The notes below the pieces were generated by a model. It had not been told where the DNA came from, did no database searches, and saw nothing but the letters and a program-made list of their open reading frames with translations. DNA of 64,000 nucleotides from Planctomycetales bacterium (lineage in GTDB: Bacteria; Omnitrophota; Gorgyraeia; Gygaellales; Profunditerraquicolaceae): positions 33,724 to 97,723 of the forward strand of contig SBBM01000045.1 of the NCBI GenBank assembly GCA_005239725.1, read 5' to 3'. Position 1 is the first letter of the stretch. Each line of letters starts with the position of its first letter. Position numbers and translations under genes: made by a program. Shown piece after piece: positions 39,597 through 50,001 of the stretch.

Positions 39597-40867
39597 TGCA
39601 CGAATTTAAATATATAAATAAGCATCTCTACTGTGAGAGGGTAAGAGTCGCGGATTTGGCTAAGAAATTCGGCACGCCTCTGTATGTTTACAGCTACCAT
39701 ACCCTTATTGACCATTTTGCCAAACTTAAGGATGCCTTTCGCCAAGTCAGTCCTCTGATATGTTATTCGGTTAAAGCGAACTCCAATTTGGCCCTTCTTA
39801 AGGCATTAGTTAATAAAGGGGCGGGGCTGGATATTGTTTCCGGTGGGGAACTATTCCGGGCGCTTCGCGTAGGGTGCCCGGCAAAAAAAATAGTTTATGC
39901 CTCTGTAGGCAAGACGGATGAGGAAATAGAAGAGGCGGTGAAGAGGGGGATATTGTTTTTTAACGTTGAATCGCTGCCTGAACTAGAAAATATAAACCGT
40001 ATTTCCGGAAAGTTGAATAAAACTACCAGTGTTGCCATAAGGATAAACCCCGATGTAGAGGCAAAGACGCACAAATTTATCACTACCGGAAAAATAACCA
40101 ATAAGTTCGGCATTGATTTAAAGAGCGCGTATAATATTTTATTATTGCGTGAGAAATTCCGGAACATAAGGATATCGGGTCTGCATATACATATCGGGTC
40201 CCAGATAACCAAGAGCACGCCTTATCTGGCCGCGATAACCAGGATTGTTGGGTTTATCGGCCGGCTGAAAAAAGAAGGGATAGAATTGGAATATCTGAAC
40301 ATCGGGGGAGGCTTAGGCATCATTTACGACAATGAAAAACCGCAGACAGCCGTAAAATACGCCCGGAAAATATTGCCTCTACTTAAAAAGGCCGGGCTTA
40401 AGATAATTATGGAGCCGGGCAGGTTTATCGCCGGTAATTCCGGCATCCTGGTAACCAGGGTTTTATATGTAAAAAATACGCCTAAGAAAAAATTTGTCAT
40501 TGTTGACGCGGGGATGAATGATTTAATCCGCCCGGCTTTATACGGTGCCTATCATCAGATTTTACCGCTATGCGCTGAACGCTATACCCCAAACGCTGCT
40601 GAAAAGGTCGATATTGTCGGGCCTATTTGCGAAAGCGGGGATTTCTTTGCCAAAGAAAGAAGGCTCCCTAAACTAAAGGAGGGGGATTTTTTAGCAGTTA
40701 TGGGCGCGGGCGCTTACGGGTTCAGCATGTCTTCGAATTACAATTCCCGGCGCCGGGCAGAAGAGGCGCTGGTTGTAAAAGACAAGGTTTTCGTAATCCG
40801 GAAAAGGGAATCATGTCGAGATTTAATTCGTAATGAATTGATACCGCCGTTTCTTTCAGGATGGTGA
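39596..40867 (+). CDS. lysA: Diaminopimelate decarboxylase
   Basis: YSVKAN, HIGSQ, EPGR, GPICESGD and SSNYNSR motifs. Confidence 0.97.
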   Translation: MHEFKYINKHLYCERVRVADLAKKFGTPLYVYSYHTLIDHFAKLKDAFRQVSPLICYSVKANSNLALLKALVNKGAGLDIVSGGELFRALRVGCPAKKIVYASVGKTDEEIEEAVKRGILFFNVESLPELENINRISGKLNKTTSVAIRINPDVEAKTHKFITTGKITNKFGIDLKSAYNILLLREKFRNIRISGLHIHIGSQITKSTPYLAAITRIVGFIGRLKKEGIELEYLNIGGGLGIIYDNEKPQTAVKYARKILPLLKKAGLKIIMEPGRFIAGNSGILVTRVLYVKNTPKKKFVIVDAGMNDLIRPALYGAYHQILPLCAERYTPNAAEKVDIVGPICESGDFFAKERRLPKLKEGDFLAVMGAGAYGFSMSSNYNSRRRAEEALVVKDKVFVIRKRESCRDLIRNELIPPFLSGW

Positions 40868-40932
40868 CGCGACGAATAAGGAGCGTCGTCTATCGTGCCC
40901 GCTCCGGATGTGAGGCTGGCCGGGTGGAACAT

Positions 40933-41754
40933 ATGCAAAAAATAAATTTCACAAAGATGGTGGCATCCGGGAATGACTTCCTGGTTGTAGATTGTTCTTT
41001 ACCACCCGCAATGGCTAAAGGTGAGCTTTCCCGTCTGGCAAAAAAGATGTGCGACAGGAAATACGGGATAGGCGCAGACGGTTTATTAGTGGCGGAGAAA
41101 TCAAAGACTGCTGATATAAAGATGCGGATTTTTAACCCCGACGGCTCCGAAGCAGGAATGTGCGGCAACGGCGCGCGTTGCTTTGCCCTTTGGGCGGGCG
41201 CAAGGCGTATAGAGACAATGGCAGGAATAATCGAGGCCGCTGTAAATAAGGATAGGGCAAAAATAAAATTGACTGACCCCCGCGGATTAAGGCTAAATAT
41301 TCCATTGAAAATTAACGCCAGGGCACTCAGGGCCGATTTTATAAATACAGGCGTGCCGCATGCGGTAGTATTCGTGGAGGGCCTGGAGAGTATCGATGTG
41401 CCGGCCCTGGGAAGGCCTTTGCGTTATCACAGGAAATTTTATCCGGCAGGCACAAATGTGGATTTTGTGGAAGTTATGAGTAGGGATTCCATTAAGGCCA
41501 GGACTTATGAAAGGGGTGTTGAAGATGAAACCCTTGCCTGCGGCACGGGTGCCGTAGCCTCGGCAATAATTTCGAGTGTCAGGTGTCAAGCCCTCCTCTT
41601 CAGCCGGCAGGCGTCAGGTGCCAGGTGCGTTAACGTGTGCACTCAAAGCGGCGAGATACTAAAAGTATATTTTGACTGGTTCCATAATACCTTCAGCAAC
41701 GTCTGGCTGGAAGGAAAGGCAAAAATAATCTGCAAAGGAGCTTATTATGTTTAA
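40933..41754 (+). CDS. dapF: Diaminopimelate epimerase
   Basis: GNDF, MCGNGARC and ERGVEDETLACGTG motifs. Confidence 0.96.
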   Translation: MQKINFTKMVASGNDFLVVDCSLPPAMAKGELSRLAKKMCDRKYGIGADGLLVAEKSKTADIKMRIFNPDGSEAGMCGNGARCFALWAGARRIETMAGIIEAAVNKDRAKIKLTDPRGLRLNIPLKINARALRADFINTGVPHAVVFVEGLESIDVPALGRPLRYHRKFYPAGTNVDFVEVMSRDSIKARTYERGVEDETLACGTGAVASAIISSVRCQALLFSRQASGARCVNVCTQSGEILKVYFDWFHNTFSNVWLEGKAKIICKGAYYV

Positions 41755-42625
41755 GGGTTCGATTGTCGCAATTGTTACTCCGTTCAAGGAAGGCAGAGTT
41801 GATGAGAAGAAATTGCGCGATTTGATAGAATTCCAGATTAAAAGTGGGACCTCCGGCATTGTCCCCTGCGGAACAACCGGCGAATCCGCCACTCTGTCTT
41901 TTGACGAACATGAGAGGGTAATCGAGATAACGATTGAACAGGTGAAAAAGAGGGTGCCGGTTATCGCAGGCACAGGCTCAAATTCAACCGAAGAGGCAAT
42001 TATGCTGACCAGGCACGCGGCTCAAGCCGGGGCAGATGCCTCTTTGCAGGTTTCTCCTTATTATAACCGGCCGACGCAGAAGGGCCTGTACGAACATTTT
42101 AAGACAATCGCAGATAACGTGAATATCCCGATAATACTTTACAATATCGCTTCGCGCACAGGCGTAAATATCGAGCCGGAAACAATCGCAAGGCTCGCTT
42201 CCGATTGCAAGAATATCGTGGGGGTAAAAGAGGCGTCGGGGAGCCTGGATCAGATGTCGCGCATAAAAGCCCTCTGCGGCGCGGGTTTTGATTTGTTATC
42301 CGGCGACGATAGCCTTACGTTGCCCGTATTATCCATAGGCGGCGCAGGGGTTATTTCGGTGGTGGCTAATATTGTCCCCCGGGATGTCGCGGATTTGGTT
42401 GCAGAGTTTGAAAAAGGCAATTTGAAAAAGGCGCAGGAACTGCATTATAAGCTTTTGCCGCTGATAAAATCCGCTTTTATTGAAACAAACCCTATTCCCC
42501 TAAAGGCTGCTATGGGTTTACTGGGGATGTGTGAACCGGATTTAAGGCTGCCGATGTCGGCAATGCTTCCGGAAAACGTAGAGAAATTAAAAAAGGCATT
42601 GAAAGATTACGGGCTATTAAAATAA
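41747..42625 (+). CDS. dapA: 4-hydroxy-tetrahydrodipicolinate synthase
   Basis: GTTGES, PYYN, GVKEAS and ETNPIP motifs. Confidence 0.97.
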   Translation: MFKGSIVAIVTPFKEGRVDEKKLRDLIEFQIKSGTSGIVPCGTTGESATLSFDEHERVIEITIEQVKKRVPVIAGTGSNSTEEAIMLTRHAAQAGADASLQVSPYYNRPTQKGLYEHFKTIADNVNIPIILYNIASRTGVNIEPETIARLASDCKNIVGVKEASGSLDQMSRIKALCGAGFDLLSGDDSLTLPVLSIGGAGVISVVANIVPRDVADLVAEFEKGNLKKAQELHYKLLPLIKSAFIETNPIPLKAAMGLLGMCEPDLRLPMSAMLPENVEKLKKALKDYGLLK

Positions 42626-42633
42626 AAACTAAT

Positions 42634-42673
42634 CCGGGGACGGTTCTGAAATGAAGCGAAAAGTCTACCCCGG
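42634..42673. repeat. GGGGACGGTTCT-type hairpin element
   Basis: CCGGGGACGGTTCT...CTACCCCGG. Same 5' arm as the element at 47116. Confidence 0.55.
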
Positions 42674-42689
42674 CAAAGGAGCGAATTTA

Positions 42690-43406
42690 ATGATTAAATT
42701 AGGAATAGCCGGTGTTTGCGGGAAGATGGGCAGGAGGATATTTGAATTAGCTTGCGCGGACAGGGATTTTGAAGTAACCCTTGCCCTGGAAAGGAAGGGG
42801 ATTCCGGAAATCGGCAAAGAATTAGGCAGGCTAAAGATATCTTCGAGCGCGGACGGGTTATTTTTGGTGGATGTATTCATAGATTTCACCAGCGCCGAAG
42901 GCAGCGATACAAATTTAGATTACGTTGTTAGGTATAAAAAGGCGCTTATATTGGGGACCACCGGACTAAATGACGCGCAGCTAAAGAAAGTTGAGGAGGT
43001 CTCCAGGGTTGTGCCTGTTGTATTTTCCCCGAATATGTCCATAGGCGTAAATGTCCTGTTTTCCATGCTCCCGGAGATGGTAAAAAAATTAGGGCCGAAT
43101 TACAGTATTGAAATTGTTGAGGCGCACCATAAGGCTAAGAAGGATGCCCCTTCAGGCACGGCGAAAAAATTCGGCCAGATACTGGCGGAGACGACGGGAA
43201 AAGAGATTCCCATTCACGCTATACGGCTGGGGGATATTGTCGGAGACCATACGATTATCTTTTGCGGAAATTCCGAGCGCATTGAAATAAAACACCAGGC
43301 GCACTCCCGGGATTTATTCGCGCAGGGCGCATTAAAAGCGGCAAAGTGGATTAACGGAAAATCCGCGGGGCTCTATTCGATGCAGGACGTGTTGAAGGAG
43401 GGATAG
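42690..43406 (+). CDS. dapB: 4-hydroxy-tetrahydrodipicolinate reductase
   Basis: GKMG, GTTG and EAHHKAKKDAPSGTA motifs. Confidence 0.96.
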   Translation: MIKLGIAGVCGKMGRRIFELACADRDFEVTLALERKGIPEIGKELGRLKISSSADGLFLVDVFIDFTSAEGSDTNLDYVVRYKKALILGTTGLNDAQLKKVEEVSRVVPVVFSPNMSIGVNVLFSMLPEMVKKLGPNYSIEIVEAHHKAKKDAPSGTAKKFGQILAETTGKEIPIHAIRLGDIVGDHTIIFCGNSERIEIKHQAHSRDLFAQGALKAAKWINGKSAGLYSMQDVLKEG

Positions 43407-43452
43407 TCCCCTTCCTTTCGACTGCGTTCAGGGTAAGCGGGGATAGTTCCTA
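43399..43452. repeat. Composite palindromic element (inverted copy of 23564-23614) supplying the dapB stop codon
   Basis: AGGGATAGTCCCCTTCCTTTCGACTGCGTTCAGGGTAAGCGGGGATAGTTCCTA. Confidence 0.8.
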
Positions 43453-43465
43453 AAACCGAGGGAAT

Positions 43466-44638
43466 ATGTTTGAGCTTTCAAAAAAATTAAAAAAGTTGCC
43501 GCCGTACCTTTTTTTAGAAATTGATAAGGCAAAAAGGCAAGCGCGCGCAGAAGGAAGAGATGTAATTGATTTCGGCGTAGGGGACCCTGACCAGCCTACG
43601 CCGATTTATATTATTGAGGCCCTGCATAAGGCAAGCCTTGACCCGGTGAATCACCGGTATGCCCTTGACCAGGGCATGCCGGCTTTGCGCCTGGCAATCG
43701 CAAACTGGTATAAAAGGCGCTTTGCCGTAGGGCTTAATCCGGATGAAGAGATTTTGCCTTTAATCGGCTCAAAAGAAGGGATTGCCCATCTCCCATTGGC
43801 CTTTATCAACAAAGGGGATTATTCATTGGTGCCTGACCCCTGTTATCCGCCTTATCAAGGCGGGACAATTTTGGCCGGAGGCAGGCCTTATCTTGTGCCA
43901 TTATTGGAATCCAACGGTTTCCTGCCGGATTTTAAAAAAATTCCCCCCTCGGTCAGGAAGAAAGCAAAGATTTTGTACTTGAATTACCCGAATAACCCCA
44001 CATCGGCCACGGCGGAAAAGACCTTTTATCGTAAGGCCGTAGACTTTGCGGATAAGAATAAGATTATTATAGTTTCCGACCTGGCATATTCCGAAATCTG
44101 CTATGACGGCTACAGGCCGCAAAGTTTGCTTGAAGTTGACGGGGCAAGGGAAGTGGCGATAGAATTCCATTCGCTATCCAAGACTTACAATATGACCGGC
44201 TGGCGCATAGGCTGGGCCTGCGGCAATAAGGATTTAATCGCGGGTTTGGCAAAAGTGAAGTCAAATATTGACTCCGGTATATTTTCCGCAATCCAGATTG
44301 CAGGCATCACTGCTTTAGATAGTGACGATAAATATGTCCAGAATATGCGCGAATTTTATCAGATGCGCCGGGATATCCTGGTAGAGGGCCTGGATTCACT
44401 GGGCTGGAAGGTAAAAAAACCAAAGGCAACTTTCTATATCTGGACAAAAATACCCGGCAAGATTGATTCCATAACTTTTTCCCGCCGGTTGTTAGAAAAG
44501 GCGGATATCATTGCTACCCCGGGTGTAGGGTTCGGCGGGCAGGGAGAGGGTTATATCCGTTTTGCCCTCACTGTAAATAAAGAAAGAATAAAAGAGGCGG
44601 TCCAGAGGCTTAAAAAGGTATGGCAACTTGTTTTATAG
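43466..44638 (+). CDS. dapL: LL-diaminopimelate aminotransferase
   Basis: PPYLF, GSKEG, NYPNNPT and SKTYNMTGWR motifs. Lies in the dap cluster. Confidence 0.85.
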   Translation: MFELSKKLKKLPPYLFLEIDKAKRQARAEGRDVIDFGVGDPDQPTPIYIIEALHKASLDPVNHRYALDQGMPALRLAIANWYKRRFAVGLNPDEEILPLIGSKEGIAHLPLAFINKGDYSLVPDPCYPPYQGGTILAGGRPYLVPLLESNGFLPDFKKIPPSVRKKAKILYLNYPNNPTSATAEKTFYRKAVDFADKNKIIIVSDLAYSEICYDGYRPQSLLEVDGAREVAIEFHSLSKTYNMTGWRIGWACGNKDLIAGLAKVKSNIDSGIFSAIQIAGITALDSDDKYVQNMREFYQMRRDILVEGLDSLGWKVKKPKATFYIWTKIPGKIDSITFSRRLLEKADIIATPGVGFGGQGEGYIRFALTVNKERIKEAVQRLKKVWQLVL

Positions 44639-45102
44639 GCATGGGTTCTAACCTCGGCGACAGGGAATATTACATAAATAACGCCATAAAAAAAATCCGG
44701 GCAATGCCCGGTACGCAGATTAAAAAAATTTCCCGCATAATCGAGAGCCCTCCTGAGGGCGCTTCTCCCCAGGGGCCTTATCTTAACGGGGTAATGGAGA
44801 TAGAAACAACTCTTAGGCCATATCAGCTCCTTCAGGAATTGCAGGGTATAGAATCTTCTCTGGGCAGGGTGCGCACGGTTAAAGGCGGGCCCAGGACAAT
44901 TGACCTGGATATTTTAACCTACGGCGGCATCCGTATGAATGAAATGGCATTAAGCATACCTCATCCCCGTATGCTGGAGAGAGATTTCGTGCTCAAGCCA
45001 TTAAGAGAGATTGCGCCGGAAATAGTTAGAAAACTTAAGAAACAAAAGGCTACAAAGAAAAAATGGAAGTCATCAGGGATATTAAAGAGATGCAGGCAAT
45101 AG
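44620..45102 (+). CDS. folK: HPPK (6-hydroxymethyl-7,8-dihydropterin pyrophosphokinase)
   Basis: GSNLGDR, PRTIDLD and IPHPRM motifs. Confidence 0.95.
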   Translation: MATCFIGMGSNLGDREYYINNAIKKIRAMPGTQIKKISRIIESPPEGASPQGPYLNGVMEIETTLRPYQLLQELQGIESSLGRVRTVKGGPRTIDLDILTYGGIRMNEMALSIPHPRMLERDFVLKPLREIAPEIVRKLKKQKATKKKWKSSGILKRCRQ

Positions 45103-45908
45103 CCCGGGCAATGCGCATGGCAGATAAGACGATAGGTTTTGTGCCTACAATGGGGGCATTGCATAAAGGCCACCTTGGCCTTATCCGCCAGGCAGTTAAG
45201 GAAAACGATATCAGCGTAGTCAGTATATTTGTCAATCCTATCCAGTTCGGGCCACAAGAGGATTTCAGGCGTTACCCGCGGCCGTTAAGCAAAGATTTGG
45301 CTTTGTGCCGGAAGGCAGGAGTAGATTTTGTATTTTGCCCCCGGCCGCAAGATTTTTACCCCTCCGGGTATAAAACTTTTATTGAAGTTAAAGAATTAAG
45401 CGATGCGCTTTGCGGGGCATGCCGTCCCGGGCATTTCCGCGGCGTGGTTACTGTGGTGGCGAAGTTATTTAATATTCTCCAGCCCTCATGCGCATATTTT
45501 GGGCAGAAAGACGCCCAGCAAGCGGTAATCATAAAGAAGATGGTTTCGGACCTAAATATGCCCGTAAAATTAAAAGTAATGCCGATAATACGGGAAAAAG
45601 ACGGCCTTGCCTTTAGCTCGCGAAACATATATTTAAGCCGCGAACAAAGAAAAGATGCCGCAGTTTTATCTGCGGCATTGCATATTGCAGGTAATTTAGT
45701 CAAATCCGGAATCCGGGATGCGCATAAAATAATCCGGAAAATCAAAGGAGTCATCAAGGCAAAGAAGGCGGCGAGGATTGATTATGTTTCTATCGTTGAC
45801 CCGGATAACTTAAGGCCGGTAAAAAAGATAACCGGCCGGTGTTTGATTGCCTTGGCAGTCTGGATAGGCAAAACCAGGCTTATAGACAATATTATAGTAA
45901 CTGTGTAA
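45063..45908 (+). CDS. panC: Pantothenate synthetase
   Basis: PTMGALHKGH, FGQKDAQQ and TRLIDN motifs. Confidence 0.97.
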   Translation: MEVIRDIKEMQAIARAMRMADKTIGFVPTMGALHKGHLGLIRQAVKENDISVVSIFVNPIQFGPQEDFRRYPRPLSKDLALCRKAGVDFVFCPRPQDFYPSGYKTFIEVKELSDALCGACRPGHFRGVVTVVAKLFNILQPSCAYFGQKDAQQAVIIKKMVSDLNMPVKLKVMPIIREKDGLAFSSRNIYLSREQRKDAAVLSAALHIAGNLVKSGIRDAHKIIRKIKGVIKAKKAARIDYVSIVDPDNLRPVKKITGRCLIALAVWIGKTRLIDNIIVTV

Positions 45909-45992
45909 TGTTCAAAGTGTAATGTGTAAAACGAGTGTAAGGCATCAATGTGGAATGGAACCATATTACACGTTACACATTTAACGTTAGAC
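45903..45992. repeat. Inverted heptamer arrays (GTGTAAT)n ... (RTTACAC)n
   Basis: GTGTAAT GTTCAAA GTGTAAT GTGTAAA ... ATTACAC GTTACAC ATTTAAC GTTAGAC. Confidence 0.7.
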
Positions 45993-45998
45993 AAAACA

Positions 45999-46823
45999 AT
46001 GGCAAAATTACTGAGAATAGGCATAGTGGGTTGCGGGGCAATCGGCAGTTCTTTGGCTGAAACTATTGCCAAGGATTTCTCCGGCCAGGCGGCATTGGCA
46101 GCGGTTTATGACATAGACAATGCAAAATCCGGAAATTTGTCCCGGCGGTTTTCAAAAACAAAAAATATCGCAGCCTCCAGTATCCGGGAGTTAATCCGGA
46201 AATGCGATTTGGTTATTGAGGCGTCATCGAGCAAATGTTCGTGGGAAATTTCCCGGGAGGCCGTAAGAAACGGCCGTGATATTATGGTTATGAGCGTAGG
46301 GGGGATAGCGGGGTATTTGCATCGGCTGGCGTCCTTAGCGGAAAAATCCGGCGCAAAAGTTTATATTCCGACCGGCGCGATATCGGGCATTGACGCCCTG
46401 AAGGCGGCCCGCTGCGGGAAAATAAAAAAGGTTACCCTGAGTACCTATAAGAATCCCCGTTCTTTCCAGGGTGTTAGGTATGCGAAGGAAAACAAAATCG
46501 AATTAAATAAAATCAAAAAAGATACCATATTATTCTCGGGAAGCGCCAAAGAGGCGATTAGATTGTTTCCGCAAAATATCAATGTTGCCGCGGTATTAAG
46601 CATTGCCGGCATAGGTCAGGATAAAACCCGGGTCAGGATTATCGCTTCACCTTCAACAAATAAAAATATTCATCAAGTTGAAATAGAGTCCAGCGCCGGC
46701 AAGATAGTTACGCGCACGGAAAATGTCCTGCATCCGGATAACCCCAAGACAAGCTATCTGGCGTATCTATCGGCAGTGGCAACTTTAAGGCAGATTTTTA
46801 CGCCCGTCAAAGTAGGCACTTAA
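45999..46823 (+). CDS. nadX: L-aspartate dehydrogenase
   Basis: GCGAIG, FPQNINVA and NPKTSYLA motifs. Confidence 0.9.
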   Translation: MAKLLRIGIVGCGAIGSSLAETIAKDFSGQAALAAVYDIDNAKSGNLSRRFSKTKNIAASSIRELIRKCDLVIEASSSKCSWEISREAVRNGRDIMVMSVGGIAGYLHRLASLAEKSGAKVYIPTGAISGIDALKAARCGKIKKVTLSTYKNPRSFQGVRYAKENKIELNKIKKDTILFSGSAKEAIRLFPQNINVAAVLSIAGIGQDKTRVRIIASPSTNKNIHQVEIESSAGKIVTRTENVLHPDNPKTSYLAYLSAVATLRQIFTPVKVGT

Positions 46824-46856
46824 TAAAATTTAAAACGAGAGGGGGTGAAAACAACA

Positions 46857-47099
46857 ATGGCAGAGAAATTGGTAAAGCTAGGCATCAAGCGCCAGAAGGG
46901 TTACCTTTATTTCATTGACAAGCAGGGTGACGTTTCCTGCGCGAAGATGGCAAGAGGCAAGGAAAAGGGAGGGAAGCCTAAGAAGGTAGAGAAGTGTGGC
47001 ATTAAGAGGAAAGAAGGCTATCTTTATTTCCTTGACAAGCAGGGTGACGTTTCCTGCGCGAAGATGCAGAGAGGCGGCAAGAAAAAGAAAAGGAAATAA
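46857..47099 (+). CDS. Small Lys-rich hypothetical protein with two tandem 39-aa repeats
   Basis: [23 protein letters not shown] occurs twice. SD-like GAGGGGG upstream. Confidence 0.8.
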   Translation: MAEKLVKLGIKRQKGYLYFIDKQGDVSCAKMARGKEKGGKPKKVEKCGIKRKEGYLYFLDKQGDVSCAKMQRGGKKKKRK

Positions 47100-47113
47100 G
47101 AAATACCTAAAAA

Positions 47114-47152
47114 AAGGGGACGGTTCTTTGAAAATAAAAAGAATCGTCCCTT
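47114..47152. repeat. GGGGACGGTTCT hairpin (possible terminator)
   Basis: AAGGGGACGGTTCTTT...AAAGAATCGTCCCTT. Confidence 0.6.
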
Positions 47153-47157
47153 ATCTT

Positions 47158-49953
47158 ATGGAAAATAACATTATAATACGCGGGGCAAAAGCGCATAACC
47201 TGAAGAGTATAAGCCTTACGCTTCCGCGCAATAAGCTCATTGTTGTTACCGGGCTTTCGGGTTCGGGAAAATCCAGCCTTGCCTTTGACACTATATATGC
47301 CGAAGGCCAGAGGCGTTATGTGGAAAGCCTCTCTAGTTACGCCCGCCAGTTTTTAGAGCAAATGCAGAAGCCCGATGTCGAATATATTGATGGGCTTTCC
47401 CCTACTATATCCATTGAACAGAGGACTGCAGGAGGCAACCCCCGTTCTACGGTCGGCACGCAGACGGAGATTTACGATTACCTGCGCCTGCTTTTTGCGC
47501 GCATAGGCAGGGCCTTTTGTTTCAAATGCGGGCAGCCTATAGAACGTCAGAGCTCACAGGAAATCGTAGAGAGGATAATGGCTTTACCCGGAGAAGAGGT
47601 TGTGCATATATTATCGCCGCTGGTGCGCGGGAAAAAGGGCGAATACCGGAACATCGCGGCAGAGGTCCAGAAGGCCGGATTTGTGCGTTGCCGTATTGAC
47701 GGCAAGATTTATGAGCTGACAGAGAAAGTTGCGCTCGATAAATATAAAATACATAATATCGAGATAGTCGTAGACAGGGTTGTCATAAACCCAAAAAGCA
47801 AAAACAGACTTACAGATTCCGTTGAAACCGCGCTGAAGGTAGGCAAGGGAACGGTTATTGTTAGCCCCTTGAACGGGCAAAGGGATATGGTTTTTAGCGA
47901 GCAATTCGCCTGCACAAAATGCAAGATAGATATCCCGGAGATTGAGCCGCGCATCTTTTCTTTTAATTCTCCCTATGGGGCCTGCCCCGCCTGTAATGGC
48001 CTGGGGATAAAGCTTGAATTCGACCCGGATTTAGTCATCCCCGACAAGAATAAATCCATCAATCAGGGTGCCATTGAGCCATGGAGAAGGGGCGGCAGGG
48101 GTTACATGCTTTATTATCGCTGGCTCATTAGGGAACTTTCCTATAAGATGGGTTTTGATTTAGATGCGCCTTTTAATAAGTTGACGCAAGAAGCGCAAAA
48201 CATAATATTGTATGGCAGAGAGGAGCAGGTGGAAGGCAGGCGTTTTGAAGGGATTATACCTCACCTGGAAAGGCTGTTTAGAGAGACAGAAAGCCAGTAT
48301 CTGAAAGAGGAGGTATCCAGATTCATGTCCAGCCTGTCCTGTCCATCATGCGGCGGAGCAAGATTAAAGAAAGAGAGCCTGGCAGTACTTATCGGCGGCA
48401 AAAATATATGGCAGGTAGCCCGGATGCCTATAAACGAATGCCGGGATTTCTTCGGGAATTTAAATTTGAGCGGCAGGGAAAAAATGATTGCCCATCATGT
48501 TTTAAGGGAGATAATCCAGAGGCTTGCCTTTTGTATTGACGTGGGCCTGGATTATCTTACCCTTGACCGGAAAAGCTCAACCCTTGCCGGAGGAGAATCT
48601 CAGAGGGTGCGCCTGGCAACGCAGGTAGGCTCGGGACTTGTGGGCGTTTTGTATATCCTGGATGAGCCGAGCATAGGCCTGCATCCCAGGGATACCGCAA
48701 GGTTAATTTCTATACTGCGAAAGCTAAAGGAATTAGGCAACACCCTGATTGTGGTAGAGCACGATGAATCTGTCATTAACTCGTCAGATTACATCGTGGA
48801 CCTGGGGCCCGGGGCAGGCAGGCACGGGGGGGAAGTGGTTTTTGCGGGGAGAAAAGATGAATTGTTAAGAAGACCGGATTCCCTTACTGCAAAATACCTG
48901 CGCGGAGAGTTAAAAATAGATATTCCCGCTAAAAGAAGGGCCTACGCCGGCAGGAAGTGTCTGGAAATTAAAGGGGCGCGGGAGCATAATTTAAAAAATA
49001 TAAACGTGGCATTTCCTCTGGGGATTTTTATTTGCGTCACTGGTGTTTCGGGCTCAGGGAAGTCTACCCTGATAAACGAAATATTGTACAGGAAGTTAAG
49101 CCAGAAATTATATAAATCCAAAGAAAAGCCCGGGGCCTGCCATAAGCTTATCGGCGCAGAGTTTGTGGATAAGGTCATTATGGTTGACCAGTCGCCGATC
49201 GGAAGGACCCCGCGTTCAAACCCCGCCACCTACACAGGCGTATTTACGTATATAAGGGAGATATTCAGCCTGCTTCCCCAGGCCCGCCTGCGCGGCTATA
49301 AGCCGGGACGGTTTTCTTTTAACGTAAAAGGGGGCAGGTGCGAGGCCTGCACCGGCGACGGTATTAAAAAGATTGAGATGCATTTTCTGCCCGATGTTTA
49401 TGTAAAGTGCGAAGTGTGCAAGGGGGAGCGTTTTAATGAAGCCACAAGGGAAATAAAATATAAAGGGGAATCCATATCTGACGTATTGGACATGACTGTG
49501 GAAGAGGGGCTGGATTTATTCGCGAATATCCCTAAAATAAAGAACCCTCTTTCTACCCTTTTTGAAGTGGGCTTGGGTTACCTGCAACTCGGGCAGCCCG
49601 CTACTACCCTCTCGGGTGGGGAGGCCCAGCGCGTAAAACTGGCATCGGAACTTAGCAAGCGCCCTACAGGTAAAACAGTTTATATACTGGATGAGCCTAC
49701 TACGGGTTTACATTTTGCGGATGTGGAAAAGCTCTTGCGCGTCCTCCAAAAGCTGGTTGACAAGGGGAATACGGTTATTGTGATTGAGCACAACATGGAG
49801 GTCGTAAAATCCGCAGATTACATTATTGATTTAGGCCCGGAGGGGGGAGACAAAGGCGGCAGGGTGGTTGCGGCTTGCAGTCCGGAGGAGCTGGCTGACA
49901 TAAAAGACTCGCATACGGGGCGGTTTTTGAGAAAAGTATTGAAGGATAAATAG
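47158..49953 (+). CDS. uvrA: Excinuclease ABC subunit A
   Basis: Two Walker A motifs ([18 protein letters not shown]), zinc modules and LSGGEAQR. Start reassigned to MENNIIIRG. Confidence 0.98.
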   Translation: MENNIIIRGAKAHNLKSISLTLPRNKLIVVTGLSGSGKSSLAFDTIYAEGQRRYVESLSSYARQFLEQMQKPDVEYIDGLSPTISIEQRTAGGNPRSTVGTQTEIYDYLRLLFARIGRAFCFKCGQPIERQSSQEIVERIMALPGEEVVHILSPLVRGKKGEYRNIAAEVQKAGFVRCRIDGKIYELTEKVALDKYKIHNIEIVVDRVVINPKSKNRLTDSVETALKVGKGTVIVSPLNGQRDMVFSEQFACTKCKIDIPEIEPRIFSFNSPYGACPACNGLGIKLEFDPDLVIPDKNKSINQGAIEPWRRGGRGYMLYYRWLIRELSYKMGFDLDAPFNKLTQEAQNIILYGREEQVEGRRFEGIIPHLERLFRETESQYLKEEVSRFMSSLSCPSCGGARLKKESLAVLIGGKNIWQVARMPINECRDFFGNLNLSGREKMIAHHVLREIIQRLAFCIDVGLDYLTLDRKSSTLAGGESQRVRLATQVGSGLVGVLYILDEPSIGLHPRDTARLISILRKLKELGNTLIVVEHDESVINSSDYIVDLGPGAGRHGGEVVFAGRKDELLRRPDSLTAKYLRGELKIDIPAKRRAYAGRKCLEIKGAREHNLKNINVAFPLGIFICVTGVSGSGKSTLINEILYRKLSQKLYKSKEKPGACHKLIGAEFVDKVIMVDQSPIGRTPRSNPATYTGVFTYIREIFSLLPQARLRGYKPGRFSFNVKGGRCEACTGDGIKKIEMHFLPDVYVKCEVCKGERFNEATREIKYKGESISDVLDMTVEEGLDLFANIPKIKNPLSTLFEVGLGYLQLGQPATTLSGGEAQRVKLASELSKRPTGKTVYILDEPTTGLHFADVEKLLRVLQKLVDKGNTVIVIEHNMEVVKSADYIIDLGPEGGDKGGRVVAACSPEELADIKDSHTGRFLRKVLKDK

Positions 49954-50001
49954 GGTAGTGGTATAGTAATATCACAAATCCCAAACTCCAACAAATTTCA
50001 A

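Noticed and set aside
40865-40925. Riboswitch between lysA and dapF
   Set aside because: Too short for a lysine riboswitch. Only small hairpins (GACGC..GCGTC), probably another palindromic remnant with no second copy found.
46996-47157. 54-aa N-terminal extension of UvrA, and similar extensions of TpiA, ArgH, DapF, DapB, NadX and the secretin
   Set aside because: Longest-ORF artefacts running through upstream genes or repeats. Family-typical starts lie downstream.
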